64,000 nt of DNA from Flavobacteriales bacterium (GCA_026418175.1 JAOABX010000008.1:40111-104110); one strand, 5' to 3'. Positions 27,663 through 36,410 are shown, counted from the stretch's first letter. The notes: generated from the sequence alone by a model not told the origin. Made by a program: numbers and translations.

Positions 27663-29419
27663 GTGCCCGTTGCACACCTAACGAAAAATAATAAATAACT
27701 TTTAGAAATACAATAATTAAATTGCGGAGCATGTAGATATTTTAGCGTCATGCAAGGGAGAAAAGAATTACAGCCGAAAATATTATATCAGTTCAGTTTA
27801 GAGGAGCTGGTGGCAGAAGATAATTTTTATCGGCAATTGTCCAAGGCATTGGATTTAAGTTTTCTGTATCAAGCCACGGCTAAGTACTACGGCAAAGAAG
27901 GCCACGAGAGCATCGACCCGGTGGTGTTTTTCAAGATATGCTTAGTGGGGTATTTAAATAATATCAACTCCGATCGAAAGCTTATTGCCTATTGCAGCAA
28001 TTGCTTGGATGTGCGCTGGTATTTGAAGTACGATATAGACGAGCCCTTGCCATGGCACAGTACCATTAGTCGCACCCGTCAGTTGTATGGCGAAGAAGTG
28101 TTTTTAGAGTTGTTCAGAAAGGTGTTAAAATTGTGTATCGAAAAAGGGATGGTACGAGGCAAGCGTCAGGCGATCGATAGCGCTTATATGAAAGCCAATG
28201 CCAGCATGGATAGTTTGGTAGAAAAAGAAGTGATAGAAGATGCGGAGCAATACGCTCGAGAGTTGAACGAACACAGCGAGTATAAGGTAAGCATGGAGAA
28301 GAAGAAAGAAGTAGCGCGGCACCATCAGTGGAAAGCGAAGGCCTACCAAGGGATGCCCGGGCATGTGGACAACCCCAAACAAGTAGATGAGAACGGGAAT
28401 TTGATACGACCCAAGTATTTGAGCAATCACACCCATTACAGCCCAACCGACCCCGATGCGAAGATAAGCACCAAGCCGGGCAAGGCAAGGCAGTTGAATT
28501 ATGCGGGACAAATAGCTGTAGATGACAAACACCATGTAATAACTGGAGCCTGTGCCAGTAGTGCAGGCCACCGGGATAGCCAAAACTTAGCGGAGATATT
28601 GGGTCAGACGATAGAGAACTTAAAGCAATCGCACATTCAGGTAGAAGAGATAGCCGCCGATGCGGGCTATAGCAGTGGCGAGGCACTGCTATATTGCGAA
28701 GAAAAGCAGATAGAAGCCTACATACCCAATTTTGGGCAATACAAAGCAGAGCGTGAAGGTTTTATTTACAACCAGGAAAAAGACCAATACGAATGTCAGC
28801 GAGGGAATAGAGCCCTTTTGCCGTTTAAGAGGATAGCTACAGATAGCAAGGGATACACTAAACGAATATACCGCAGCGACAACAGCAAATGCAAGGACTG
28901 CCCGTTGAGAGCGCAATGCATAGGCAAGAGCGATTTTAAGAAGATAGAAGACAGCATAGACAAGCCGTATTACGATAGGATGCATCACAAGCTACAAAGC
29001 CAAGCGAAGTATGCCCGATGGATGAGCCGAATGCGAAGCCGCACGGTAGAGCCGGTGCTGGGCACACTGTTAAATTATATGAATATGCGCAGAGTAAACA
29101 CGAGAGGAATGCAAGGAGCCAATAAACACGTGCTGTTAAGCGCCATTAGTTATAACATCAAGAAGTACCTGAAGTTTATCCACAAAAAGGCAAAAGTCAA
29201 TGCTCAGGTTATGAGGGTAGAAGCGAGCATAACGATAGAAAGAACAAAAACACTTTTTCAATGCCTAATAAGCTCATTACAGCCGATATAAGAGCATCAA
29301 AAATTACAAACCCAAAAAATTAATAGAAAAACCAGGCCTTGTTAAATGGGCTCTCATATGGCCGATTTCTTCAATAAGAATCAATTCAAATGTTTTTTAG
29401 AGGGTTGTGCAACGGTTAC
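27663..29419 (+). mobile_element. IS1182-family insertion sequence
   Basis: Terminal inverted repeats GTGCCCGTTGCACA / TGTGCAACGGTTAC (10-bp perfect core CCGTTGCACA) around a transposase; higher GC than the flanks. Exact outer ends are inferred. Confidence 0.85.
27750..29291 (+). CDS. IS1182-family DDE transposase
   Basis: N-terminal DUF772-like region (SIDPVVFFK, PWHSTISRTR), AIDSA, TDPDA, ADAGYS, CxxCPLRxxC, RSRTVEPVLG. Confidence 0.92.
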   Translation: MQGRKELQPKILYQFSLEELVAEDNFYRQLSKALDLSFLYQATAKYYGKEGHESIDPVVFFKICLVGYLNNINSDRKLIAYCSNCLDVRWYLKYDIDEPLPWHSTISRTRQLYGEEVFLELFRKVLKLCIEKGMVRGKRQAIDSAYMKANASMDSLVEKEVIEDAEQYARELNEHSEYKVSMEKKKEVARHHQWKAKAYQGMPGHVDNPKQVDENGNLIRPKYLSNHTHYSPTDPDAKISTKPGKARQLNYAGQIAVDDKHHVITGACASSAGHRDSQNLAEILGQTIENLKQSHIQVEEIAADAGYSSGEALLYCEEKQIEAYIPNFGQYKAEREGFIYNQEKDQYECQRGNRALLPFKRIATDSKGYTKRIYRSDNSKCKDCPLRAQCIGKSDFKKIEDSIDKPYYDRMHHKLQSQAKYARWMSRMRSRTVEPVLGTLLNYMNMRRVNTRGMQGANKHVLLSAISYNIKKYLKFIHKKAKVNAQVMRVEASITIERTKTLFQCLISSLQPI

Positions 29420-29424
29420 TGCTG

Positions 29425-29577
29425 TTATGCACAGGGCTTTATTGTCATCTGTGTTTTGCGTTTTTTAAAGTATTCTAAAATTTCTTCTTTAGTCATTTTA
29501 GATAACTTCTCGCTCAATTTGTCTCGCTGTTGACGCATGAATTTAACAGCGTCAAATGTTTTTTCAGTCGTCTTCAT
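29425..29577 (-). CDS. Cassette 2: 50-aa protein, putative antitoxin partner of the PIN protein
   Basis: Hand-translated MKTTEKTFDAVKFMRQQRDKLSEKLSKMTKEEILEYFKKRKTQMTIKPCA*. Overlaps the PIN gene 3' end; its TAA lies in the inverse core GCATAAC. Too short for the ORF track. Confidence 0.7.
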   Translation of the reverse strand: MKTTEKTFDAVKFMRQQRDKLSEKLSKMTKEEILEYFKKRKTQMTIKPCA

Positions 29578-30028
29578 ATTTTTTAAATTCTCTTGGTGAA
29601 CGTATTTCTAATTGCTTGTAACCCTTTTTAATGTTGATAGAATTGTAACCCCTAATTCTTTCAATGTTAACTATGTGCTTGAAGTTCCAACTAACTAAAA
29701 AGTCTGCATGATTTATTGTTGCTAATGCTATGTGCAAGCAGTCAGCAAAACTTGTTTGCCCAACAACTTTCTCAGTAATATATTCAGTTGCCAAGTCAAC
29801 CGCTTCATCAGTTATTTCTATGAACTCTGTTTGGTCAGCTCTAAGGCTTTTTACAAGTTCTTTTACTTTTTCGGGTGCGTTTTCAAGTTCGTCCTGCGTA
29901 ACTGTCGAGTAGAGAATTATAAATTCACCTGCTTTAATCCTATCAAACAACGGAACAGTATGTTCTTTGAACTCTTCGTCAAAGTGTCCACCGAAAACGG
30001 ATGTGTCAATATAAATTCTTTGTTTCAC
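29564..30028 (-). CDS. Cassette 2: PIN-domain (VapC-like) ribonuclease
   Basis: IYIDTSV, TQDEL, ADCLHIALA, LVSWNFKHIVN. Confidence 0.88.
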   Translation of the reverse strand: MKQRIYIDTSVFGGHFDEEFKEHTVPLFDRIKAGEFIILYSTVTQDELENAPEKVKELVKSLRADQTEFIEITDEAVDLATEYITEKVVGQTSFADCLHIALATINHADFLVSWNFKHIVNIERIRGYNSINIKKGYKQLEIRSPREFKKYEDD

Positions 30029-30056
30029 TTTTAATTTAATGTTGTATTACTGTTAT

Positions 30057-30064
30057 CAAAAATA
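30057..30064 (-). promoter_or_regulatory. Cassette-internal -7 element (TATTTTTG)
   Basis: Matches TAnnTTTG about 28 nt upstream of the PIN gene GTG start. Confidence 0.5.
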
Positions 30065-30122
30065 CGATTTTTATGAGTTCAGTCGGTCAGTTTCTTGTCT
30101 AGATGTTGTCTTTTAGCCTTGT

Positions 30123-30253
30123 GCATAACGGTTGGCGGTATGGTTAGTTGCCGATTTCGAAGCACTTTCCTATCAAGTTACAACTACTTTTGATACGAGC
30201 TGTACCGCTCGAATACCCACTGCACCGGCAATTAACTATACCGCTTGTTACCT
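30123..30253 (-). repeat. Intact attC-like recombination site
   Basis: Minus strand reads AGGTAAC ... GTTATGC; 19-nt arms at 30135-30153 and 30226-30244 with 17/19 Watson-Crick pairs; starts just after the cassette-1 stop codon. Confidence 0.8.
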
Positions 30254-30262
30254 GCTGGGCAT

Positions 30263-31057
30263 TTATTTCACTAATCTTACTGGTTTTGTTACAATTGTTT
30301 TTACTGTGTCTGGTAATATATTTTGTTCTAGAAAATCATTAGTCTTTTTATATAAAGAATCAATCGAGATTAATGACTTAGTTAAAGTCTCATATTGAGT
30401 TTTATTTATTTTAGCATCAATCGGTCTTTGTGATAAAAAAATTGAAACAGCGATACTCAATATCCCTAAAAGAATAGAAATCCCAATTGCCACAGAAGAC
30501 CTATTTACACTTTTCTTCGCTTGAACCAGCGAGTTGTTTGCAACATCTAGATTGTCTTTTGCAATTTTAATATTTTCATCATGTCTAATTTGCTCATCAG
30601 TCTTAAAATCATTTTCTACGTAATCAATAAGAATTTGTCCAACTACAATTGTTCGATATGAGTAATCAAGTAAAAAGTCAACTATTATCGGGTCTGTAAT
30701 TTGGTATGAAACTGGCGTATTTCCTTTCAATAATAGACCAAATCTTGTAGGTTGTTTGGGAACATTTCCTTGTTGATACAAATAAATGTAATCAAGTCCT
30801 TGTAGATATTTAAGTAATGTCACAAATCGCATTAATAACCATGCTTTATCAGTTACAATCGTTGTGAAATTAGTTAAATGAAGAAATTTTTGTTGATCAA
30901 ATAACAATTCAACAGTTCTATTTTGATAATCAAGCTTAACATCAATATCAAGGAGAAATCTATCAACAATGTCAGCTAAACAAACTGCCTGTCCATTTTT
31001 CCATCGAGTTACTATTTCTGAAATAATGTACTTTTCGTCGGTGTCAAATTTTTTCAT
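30263..31057 (-). CDS. Cassette 1: hypothetical protein with a coiled coil and one TM helix near the C-terminus
   Basis: 264-aa AT-rich ORF bounded by matching core sites; hydrophobic VAIGISILLGILSIAVSIFL. Confidence 0.75.
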   Translation of the reverse strand: MKKFDTDEKYIISEIVTRWKNGQAVCLADIVDRFLLDIDVKLDYQNRTVELLFDQQKFLHLTNFTTIVTDKAWLLMRFVTLLKYLQGLDYIYLYQQGNVPKQPTRFGLLLKGNTPVSYQITDPIIVDFLLDYSYRTIVVGQILIDYVENDFKTDEQIRHDENIKIAKDNLDVANNSLVQAKKSVNRSSVAIGISILLGILSIAVSIFLSQRPIDAKINKTQYETLTKSLISIDSLYKKTNDFLEQNILPDTVKTIVTKPVRLVK

Positions 31058-31086
31058 ATCGTTGGTTTTTTAGTTTTTTGCCTTGC

Positions 31087-31179
31087 AGGTAACTTACTTA
31101 TAAGTCTGAAAAAATCATCCTTTTGCATCCAATAGTGGAAAATAGGTATGATTTTATCAGGCCTGTTTTTCCAAATATA
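31087..31179 (-). promoter_or_regulatory. attI/Pc-like array leader
   Basis: TATATTTG -7 motif (31172-31179), 13-bp inverted repeat (31106-31118 / 31148-31160, 12/13), palindrome ACTTATAAGT, then core GTTACCT. Confidence 0.5.
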
Positions 31180-31404
31180 AAAATTTATTTAAACAATTTA
31201 ATCACATGATATATATGTTTTACAGCTACATAAATATTCAGTTTACCCCTAAAATTGATTTTATTCAAGCTGATAAATTCAACCCCACATATAATAATTT
31301 ATTTTTTTATTTGTCTGGCTTTCATACATGCTGTTTTTGCTGATTCGGTCTTACATCAAACAAACCCTTATCTTTGTGGTTTAATATAATTGAAAAGCGG
31401 TAGT

Positions 31405-31794
31405 ATGAAGAAATCGCACATTGTTTTATTGCTTATTATTGCCGGAGCTGTAGGCTTGGCATTTTATTCATTGCAAAGCTCCGAAACCTACGCCTCGTTT
31501 GCTGAAGCCATGAACGAGCCTGATAAAACGTTTCATGTGGTGGGTAAGCTGAATTTGGAAAAAGAAATGGTGTATAACCCAGTGGTTGATGCTAATCTTT
31601 TTACCTTTTACCTAATAGATAAAGAAGGCCAGGAAAAAAAAGTATTGCTTTATAAATCTAAACCTCAAGATTTTGAAAAGTCAGAACAGGTAGTGGTTAT
31701 TGGTAAAATGCAGGGCAATGAATTTCATGCTAAAGACGTACTCACGAAGTGTCCGTCTAAGTATTCAGACGCTCAAACTCAACAAGTAAAGTAA
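31405..31794 (+). CDS. ccmE: Cytochrome c maturation heme chaperone, CxxxY type
   Basis: N-terminal anchor, KPQDFE, VVVIG, LTKCPSKY; TATCTTTG -7 motif at 31369-31376. Confidence 0.88.
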   Translation: MKKSHIVLLLIIAGAVGLAFYSLQSSETYASFAEAMNEPDKTFHVVGKLNLEKEMVYNPVVDANLFTFYLIDKEGQEKKVLLYKSKPQDFEKSEQVVVIGKMQGNEFHAKDVLTKCPSKYSDAQTQQVK

Positions 31795-31797
31795 GGC

Positions 31798-34383
31798 ATG
31801 GAAATACAGTACAACGGAGAAAATCTTTGGCTGGGTATCATCGGTAATTTGTTTATTTCATTATCGTTTTCGGCGGCTATTTTGTCAACCCTGGCATATT
31901 GCATGGCCGGAAGAAATGAACTTATTCATACCGGTTGGAAGAGACTAGGTCGCATTGGATTCATGCTTCACTCCGTAGGCGTGCTTGGCATTATCAGTAC
32001 CTTATTCTATATACTTTTATCCCATCGCTTTGAATACCATTATGCCTGGCAGCATTCCAGTCGTGATTTACCTTCGCAGTACGTTTTTGCAGCTTTTTGG
32101 GAAGGACAGGAGGGAAGCTTTCTGTTGTGGACTTTCTGGCATGTAGTAATTGGTAACATTCTAATTTGGCGAAGCCGTGAATGGGAGCCTTATGTAATGG
32201 CTATTTTTTCTGTTGTGCAGGTATTTTTGGCTTCTATGGTTATTGGTGCTGTGATTGATATTCCCGGAATTATTCAATATAAAATCGGCTCCAATCCATT
32301 TCTACTTACCCGTGAACATCCTAGCATGGCTGGCCTACCGTTTTTGAATAATCCTGATTACCTGCTTAAGTTGGATGGGCGAGGACTCAATCCTTCGCTA
32401 CAAAATTACTGGATGACAATTCACCCCCCAACGTTATTTTTGGGGTTTGCATTGACCTTAGTTCCTTATGCTTATGCACTGGCCGGAATTGCAAATAAAA
32501 AATATACGGAATGGTTTGCTCCGGCATTGCCCTGGACGTTTGTAGGCATTGCAGTATTAGGTACCGGTATATTGATGGGTGGTGCCTGGGCATACGAAGC
32601 ATTAAACTTTGGAGGTTTTTGGGCTTGGGACCCGGTGGAGAATTCATCGCTGGTACCTTGGCTTACCTTAGTGGGTGGAGGTCACTTGATGCTTATCAAA
32701 AAGAATAAAGGAACTTCGCTCTTTGTAGCATTTTTTCTTATCATCATCTCATTTGTATTGATATTGTATTCTACGTTTCTTACTCGAAGCGGTGTGTTAG
32801 GTGATGCTTCGGTACATTCATTTACAGATTTAGGGATGACCGGCCAATTACTCATGTATTTGTTTTTCTTTATGTGGCTGCCTGTTGTACTGATTATGCC
32901 TTCCTTTAAAACCCGCTTGCTGTATTCTATCTTCTCATTAGTATTGTTGCTTTTAGGATTTTATCTCAATTTCAATAGTTTTATTAAAATAGCATATTTC
33001 ATCTTTGGGTTAGTTTCGTTGGGATTGGCAGGTTATTTGGCCAATCGCTACTTTCCGCAGGATACTCAGGGAGAGTCAGCATTTAGTCGGGAGTTTTTTA
33101 TGTTTATCGGTAGTTTATTGCTGCTCATTTCTGGCTTACATTTAACGTTTGAAACATCCAAGCCGGTAATTAACAAACTCATTGGTACGAATTATGCCCC
33201 GGGAAGCATTGATACATACAATAAAGTGCAAGCGGTATTGGCAATTTTAATTACAGTGATGATGGGTGTAAGTCAGTTTTTGTTGTATAAAAAAAATATC
33301 CTGGATGTATTTTGGGGAAAAATCATGCGGTCAATTATGATTGCAGCAGGACTTACCTTGCTTGCCGGTTTAGTATTTAAAGAGTTTAATAATCCGCAGT
33401 ATATTTTGTTATGTTTTGCTTCCGGTTTTACGGTGATAGCCAATGCTGATTATATTATTCGATATTTAACTAAAAATCTAAAAATGGCGGGTGCTTCGCT
33501 GGCACATATTGGGTTTGGAATGATAATTTTAGGAGCAGTGATTTCTGCCGGGCATAAAAAGTTTATTTCACAAAATGTCAATCGTATAAATTTGGAATCG
33601 CTCAATCCAGATTTTAAAAATAATGAAAACATTATGCTTCATCGTGGCGATACCGTGCCGATGTATAAATATTACCTTTCGTATCAAGGCGATACGTTAA
33701 TTGGCAATGTTGCGTATTATCGAGTAGATTATTTTACTTTAAAAAATGGCCGTTTAGAAAAGGCATTTACTTTATATCCTAAACTGATTATGAATGAACG
33801 AATGGGGAATTCACCTGAGCCGGCTACCAAGCATTTTATTGATAAGGATATCTTTACGCATGTTACATATGTGGATGTTGAAAAATTAAAGCGGAAAAAG
33901 AACAATGAACAGCCCCAGTATACCGATCCGCAGCACTTTACCATTCAGGAAAAAGATACGGTTTTTGGCACTCGCTTTTATGTTGTGTTTGAGGGATTAC
34001 AGGCAGAAACCCCACTGGAAGAATCTTCACCCGCAGATTCCTTGTTCATTCAGTTAAAAGGCGTATTTAGTGTTTACAATGTCCGTGGGCAAATACTTGA
34101 CCGGATTTATTCACAATACGAAATTCGTAATAACTACGTGTACACAAAACCCGGCATAGGAGAAGAAACCGGACTGAAGATAGAACTGGAGCGTATTAAT
34201 CCTAAAGAGCGAACGGTAGAAGTAAACATGGCGGAACTGAAAGGTGGAAAAATGAACGATTTTATTATCATGCAGGCAATAATATTTCCGGGAATAAATA
34301 TACTTTGGGCCGGATGTGTGCTCATGGTAATCGGTATTTTTCTCTCGGTATTTTATAGGCTAACCCAAAAGACAATGGTTTGA
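31798..34383 (+). CDS. ccmF: Cytochrome c biogenesis heme lyase (CcmF/CcsA family)
   Basis: FWEGQEGSFLLW, GLNPSLQNYWMTIHPP, WAYEALNFGGFWAWDPVEN, TRSG..SVHSF. Confidence 0.92.
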   Translation: MEIQYNGENLWLGIIGNLFISLSFSAAILSTLAYCMAGRNELIHTGWKRLGRIGFMLHSVGVLGIISTLFYILLSHRFEYHYAWQHSSRDLPSQYVFAAFWEGQEGSFLLWTFWHVVIGNILIWRSREWEPYVMAIFSVVQVFLASMVIGAVIDIPGIIQYKIGSNPFLLTREHPSMAGLPFLNNPDYLLKLDGRGLNPSLQNYWMTIHPPTLFLGFALTLVPYAYALAGIANKKYTEWFAPALPWTFVGIAVLGTGILMGGAWAYEALNFGGFWAWDPVENSSLVPWLTLVGGGHLMLIKKNKGTSLFVAFFLIIISFVLILYSTFLTRSGVLGDASVHSFTDLGMTGQLLMYLFFFMWLPVVLIMPSFKTRLLYSIFSLVLLLLGFYLNFNSFIKIAYFIFGLVSLGLAGYLANRYFPQDTQGESAFSREFFMFIGSLLLLISGLHLTFETSKPVINKLIGTNYAPGSIDTYNKVQAVLAILITVMMGVSQFLLYKKNILDVFWGKIMRSIMIAAGLTLLAGLVFKEFNNPQYILLCFASGFTVIANADYIIRYLTKNLKMAGASLAHIGFGMIILGAVISAGHKKFISQNVNRINLESLNPDFKNNENIMLHRGDTVPMYKYYLSYQGDTLIGNVAYYRVDYFTLKNGRLEKAFTLYPKLIMNERMGNSPEPATKHFIDKDIFTHVTYVDVEKLKRKKNNEQPQYTDPQHFTIQEKDTVFGTRFYVVFEGLQAETPLEESSPADSLFIQLKGVFSVYNVRGQILDRIYSQYEIRNNYVYTKPGIGEETGLKIELERINPKERTVEVNMAELKGGKMNDFIIMQAIIFPGINILWAGCVLMVIGIFLSVFYRLTQKTMV

Positions 34384-35162
34384 AACCGATAACAATAATT
34401 GGCACGGGCAATGTAGCTTGGCAGCTTGGTAAGGCAATTTACCAAGCTGGTATTCCCATTACTCAAATATTTGGGCGGGATGCAACCCAAGCGGAAACTT
34501 TAGCCATACAATTGGGTACAACATCCGCATCAACATGGCAACAACTCATACCGCATCAAGGTATATTTATACTCTGTGTTAAAGATGATGCCATTGCTGA
34601 GGTAGCAGCATCTTTATTGCATCAACCTTACTTGTTAGTACATACATCGGGCGCTGTTTCTATGAGTATATTAGAAAGCAAAGCTCAGCATATTGGTGTA
34701 TTTTATCCATTGCAATCGCTTCATAGAAACCGAGTGGTAAATTGGAAAGAAATACCTGTATGCCTGGAAGCATCTTCGCCCGAGGCAATAAATGAGCTCT
34801 CAAGGTTAGCTTCTCATATTTCAGATCATGTAACTATTTTATCATCGGATGAACGCCGCTGGTTGCATTTGGCAGCAGTATTTGTTTCGAATTTTACAAA
34901 TTTTCTTTACATACAAGCTGAAACTCTTTGTGAAGAACACGGTCTTTCGTTTGATTTACTTCAGCCGCTTATTCTAGAAACTGCTCAACGACTCAAAATC
35001 AACTCTCCTCATCATTGGCAAACGGGGCCTGCCCGTCGCAACGATAGTCAGGTTATAAATCTACACCTGCAAATGCTCAAAGATAATCCTAGCTTGCAAC
35101 ATTTCTATCGTGAATTTTCAGAATCCATTGTTCGCTATTATCAATCAGATGTTCAGAAATAG
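34380..35162 (+). CDS. Rossmann-like plus DUF2520 oxidoreductase
   Basis: IIGTGNVA, VKDDAI, HTSG, FYPLQS, LHLAAVFVSNFTN, QTGPARRND. Confidence 0.88.
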   Translation: MKPITIIGTGNVAWQLGKAIYQAGIPITQIFGRDATQAETLAIQLGTTSASTWQQLIPHQGIFILCVKDDAIAEVAASLLHQPYLLVHTSGAVSMSILESKAQHIGVFYPLQSLHRNRVVNWKEIPVCLEASSPEAINELSRLASHISDHVTILSSDERRWLHLAAVFVSNFTNFLYIQAETLCEEHGLSFDLLQPLILETAQRLKINSPHHWQTGPARRNDSQVINLHLQMLKDNPSLQHFYREFSESIVRYYQSDVQK

Positions 35163-35241
35163 AAATTTTTCACCAATTCTATTTGATAACTTTTATTTGT
35201 TTTAGTTAATACTTTTTTATTTTTAGGATAATATTGACAAT

Positions 35242-35829
35242 ATGAGTCAAGCCAATCCATCCTATGATTCTTCAAAATACCTTCATGTACTTACTCCCTC
35301 GGTAAGTTTCAGGAAATTGCCCTCCGGTATTAAGTTTTATTTTCAGTATCAAACTCGTGCTGACCGAGAAATGCTTTCTCAACTGAAGCAAAAAATTCTA
35401 GCAGTGGGAGCGTGTGGATTATTATTTATTCCATTGGGATGGTTTGGGTTGGGTTCTCCGGCCTGGCCTTTTATTTTCGGTGCCTTTTTTTTATGGATGA
35501 GTTGGATGCTGCACATGGGCTGGCAACGTTTTTTGAAAATGCATGGAATGGAAACCCTCTATGTAACGTATCAAAAGGTAGAATTAAAGCGTTGTGTGAA
35601 TTGGGGAAATCGCCGTTGGAATCTTTCACGAAATATATTGTATGGAAATGTATCCTTTACTATACTGAATCAATCGGTAAAACAACAATCGTTCCTGGGC
35701 ATGGATCGAATTCAGGTAATAAAGTTATTACATCCCTCGCCTGCCAGCTCTTCTCCTGAAATTGGATTAAAGGTATCTGACGACGATTTTCAAAAAATTT
35801 TACCCTTAATTCAGAGTATAAAAAATTAG
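35242..35829 (+). CDS. Hypothetical membrane protein
   Basis: Two TM helices; ends at a bidirectional terminator. Confidence 0.6.
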   Translation: MSQANPSYDSSKYLHVLTPSVSFRKLPSGIKFYFQYQTRADREMLSQLKQKILAVGACGLLFIPLGWFGLGSPAWPFIFGAFFLWMSWMLHMGWQRFLKMHGMETLYVTYQKVELKRCVNWGNRRWNLSRNILYGNVSFTILNQSVKQQSFLGMDRIQVIKLLHPSPASSSPEIGLKVSDDDFQKILPLIQSIKN

Positions 35830-35837
35830 AAATAAAC

Positions 35838-35866
35838 AAAAAGCTACCTAAGTGGGTAGCTTTTTT
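35838..35866. terminator. Bidirectional terminator
   Basis: AAAAAGCTACCT-AAG-TGGGTAGCTTTTTT between convergent genes. Confidence 0.75.
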
Positions 35867-35893
35867 CTGTAGCAATTTTTCCAGAATCATTTC

Positions 35894-36262
35894 TTATGCA
35901 GATAATTCTGCCGAAGGCTTTGTGTATTGGGCATTTCCAAAGGCGAGCATTGGGAAGAAAATGAATGGTAGTAGAATCATCCCAATGGCAAACCCGGTAT
36001 CTTTTCCAAATACTTTTGCTAGTTGGATGTTGATTATAATAGCAACTACAATGTTTACAAAAGGTATTAGATAAAGAATCACCCACCAGGTTGGTTTCCC
36101 TACCATTTCCAACATTACTATGATGTTGTAGATAGGTACAATACAAGCCCATCCGGGCTTGCCGGCTTTGGTAAAAATTTTCCATAAACTGGCAATCATT
36201 AAAACGATTATGGCCAGATAAATCAACATAACAAAAATACTTGCTGCTGCTAATGCTTGCAT
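35894..36262 (-). CDS. DUF5684-like membrane protein
   Basis: WKIFTKAGKPGWACIVPIYN, LAKVFGK, MLAFGNAQY. Confidence 0.85.
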   Translation of the reverse strand: MQALAAASIFVMLIYLAIIVLMIASLWKIFTKAGKPGWACIVPIYNIIVMLEMVGKPTWWVILYLIPFVNIVVAIIINIQLAKVFGKDTGFAIGMILLPFIFFPMLAFGNAQYTKPSAELSA

Positions 36263-36410
36263 AATAAAAGAAATTTAAGTTGGTGCCTACTCTAAATATG
36301 GTTTTCGGCATCCCCATCTAAATCTAAGTTATATATTGTATTGAAATTAACAAAATGAATAATTTACCCCTAATGATTTATTATACTAATTATGTGAATA
36401 AATAACAAGA

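Noticed and set aside
28114-28988. Antisense ORFs inside the IS
   Set aside because: Shadow frames of the GC-richer transposase.
30132-30398. Plus-strand ORFs (88 aa, 64 aa) over the attC-like site
   Set aside because: They overlap the hairpin and are antisense to cassette 1, with no protein-like features.
26400-31200. CRISPR array, or complete integron with intI
   Set aside because: The repeats are long imperfect hairpins separated by whole genes, not short repeats with spacers. No tyrosine recombinase or cas gene is in the window.
35844-36317. 157-aa alternative-frame ORF
   Set aside because: Overlaps the clearly recognisable DUF5684-like gene on the same strand and runs into the terminator.
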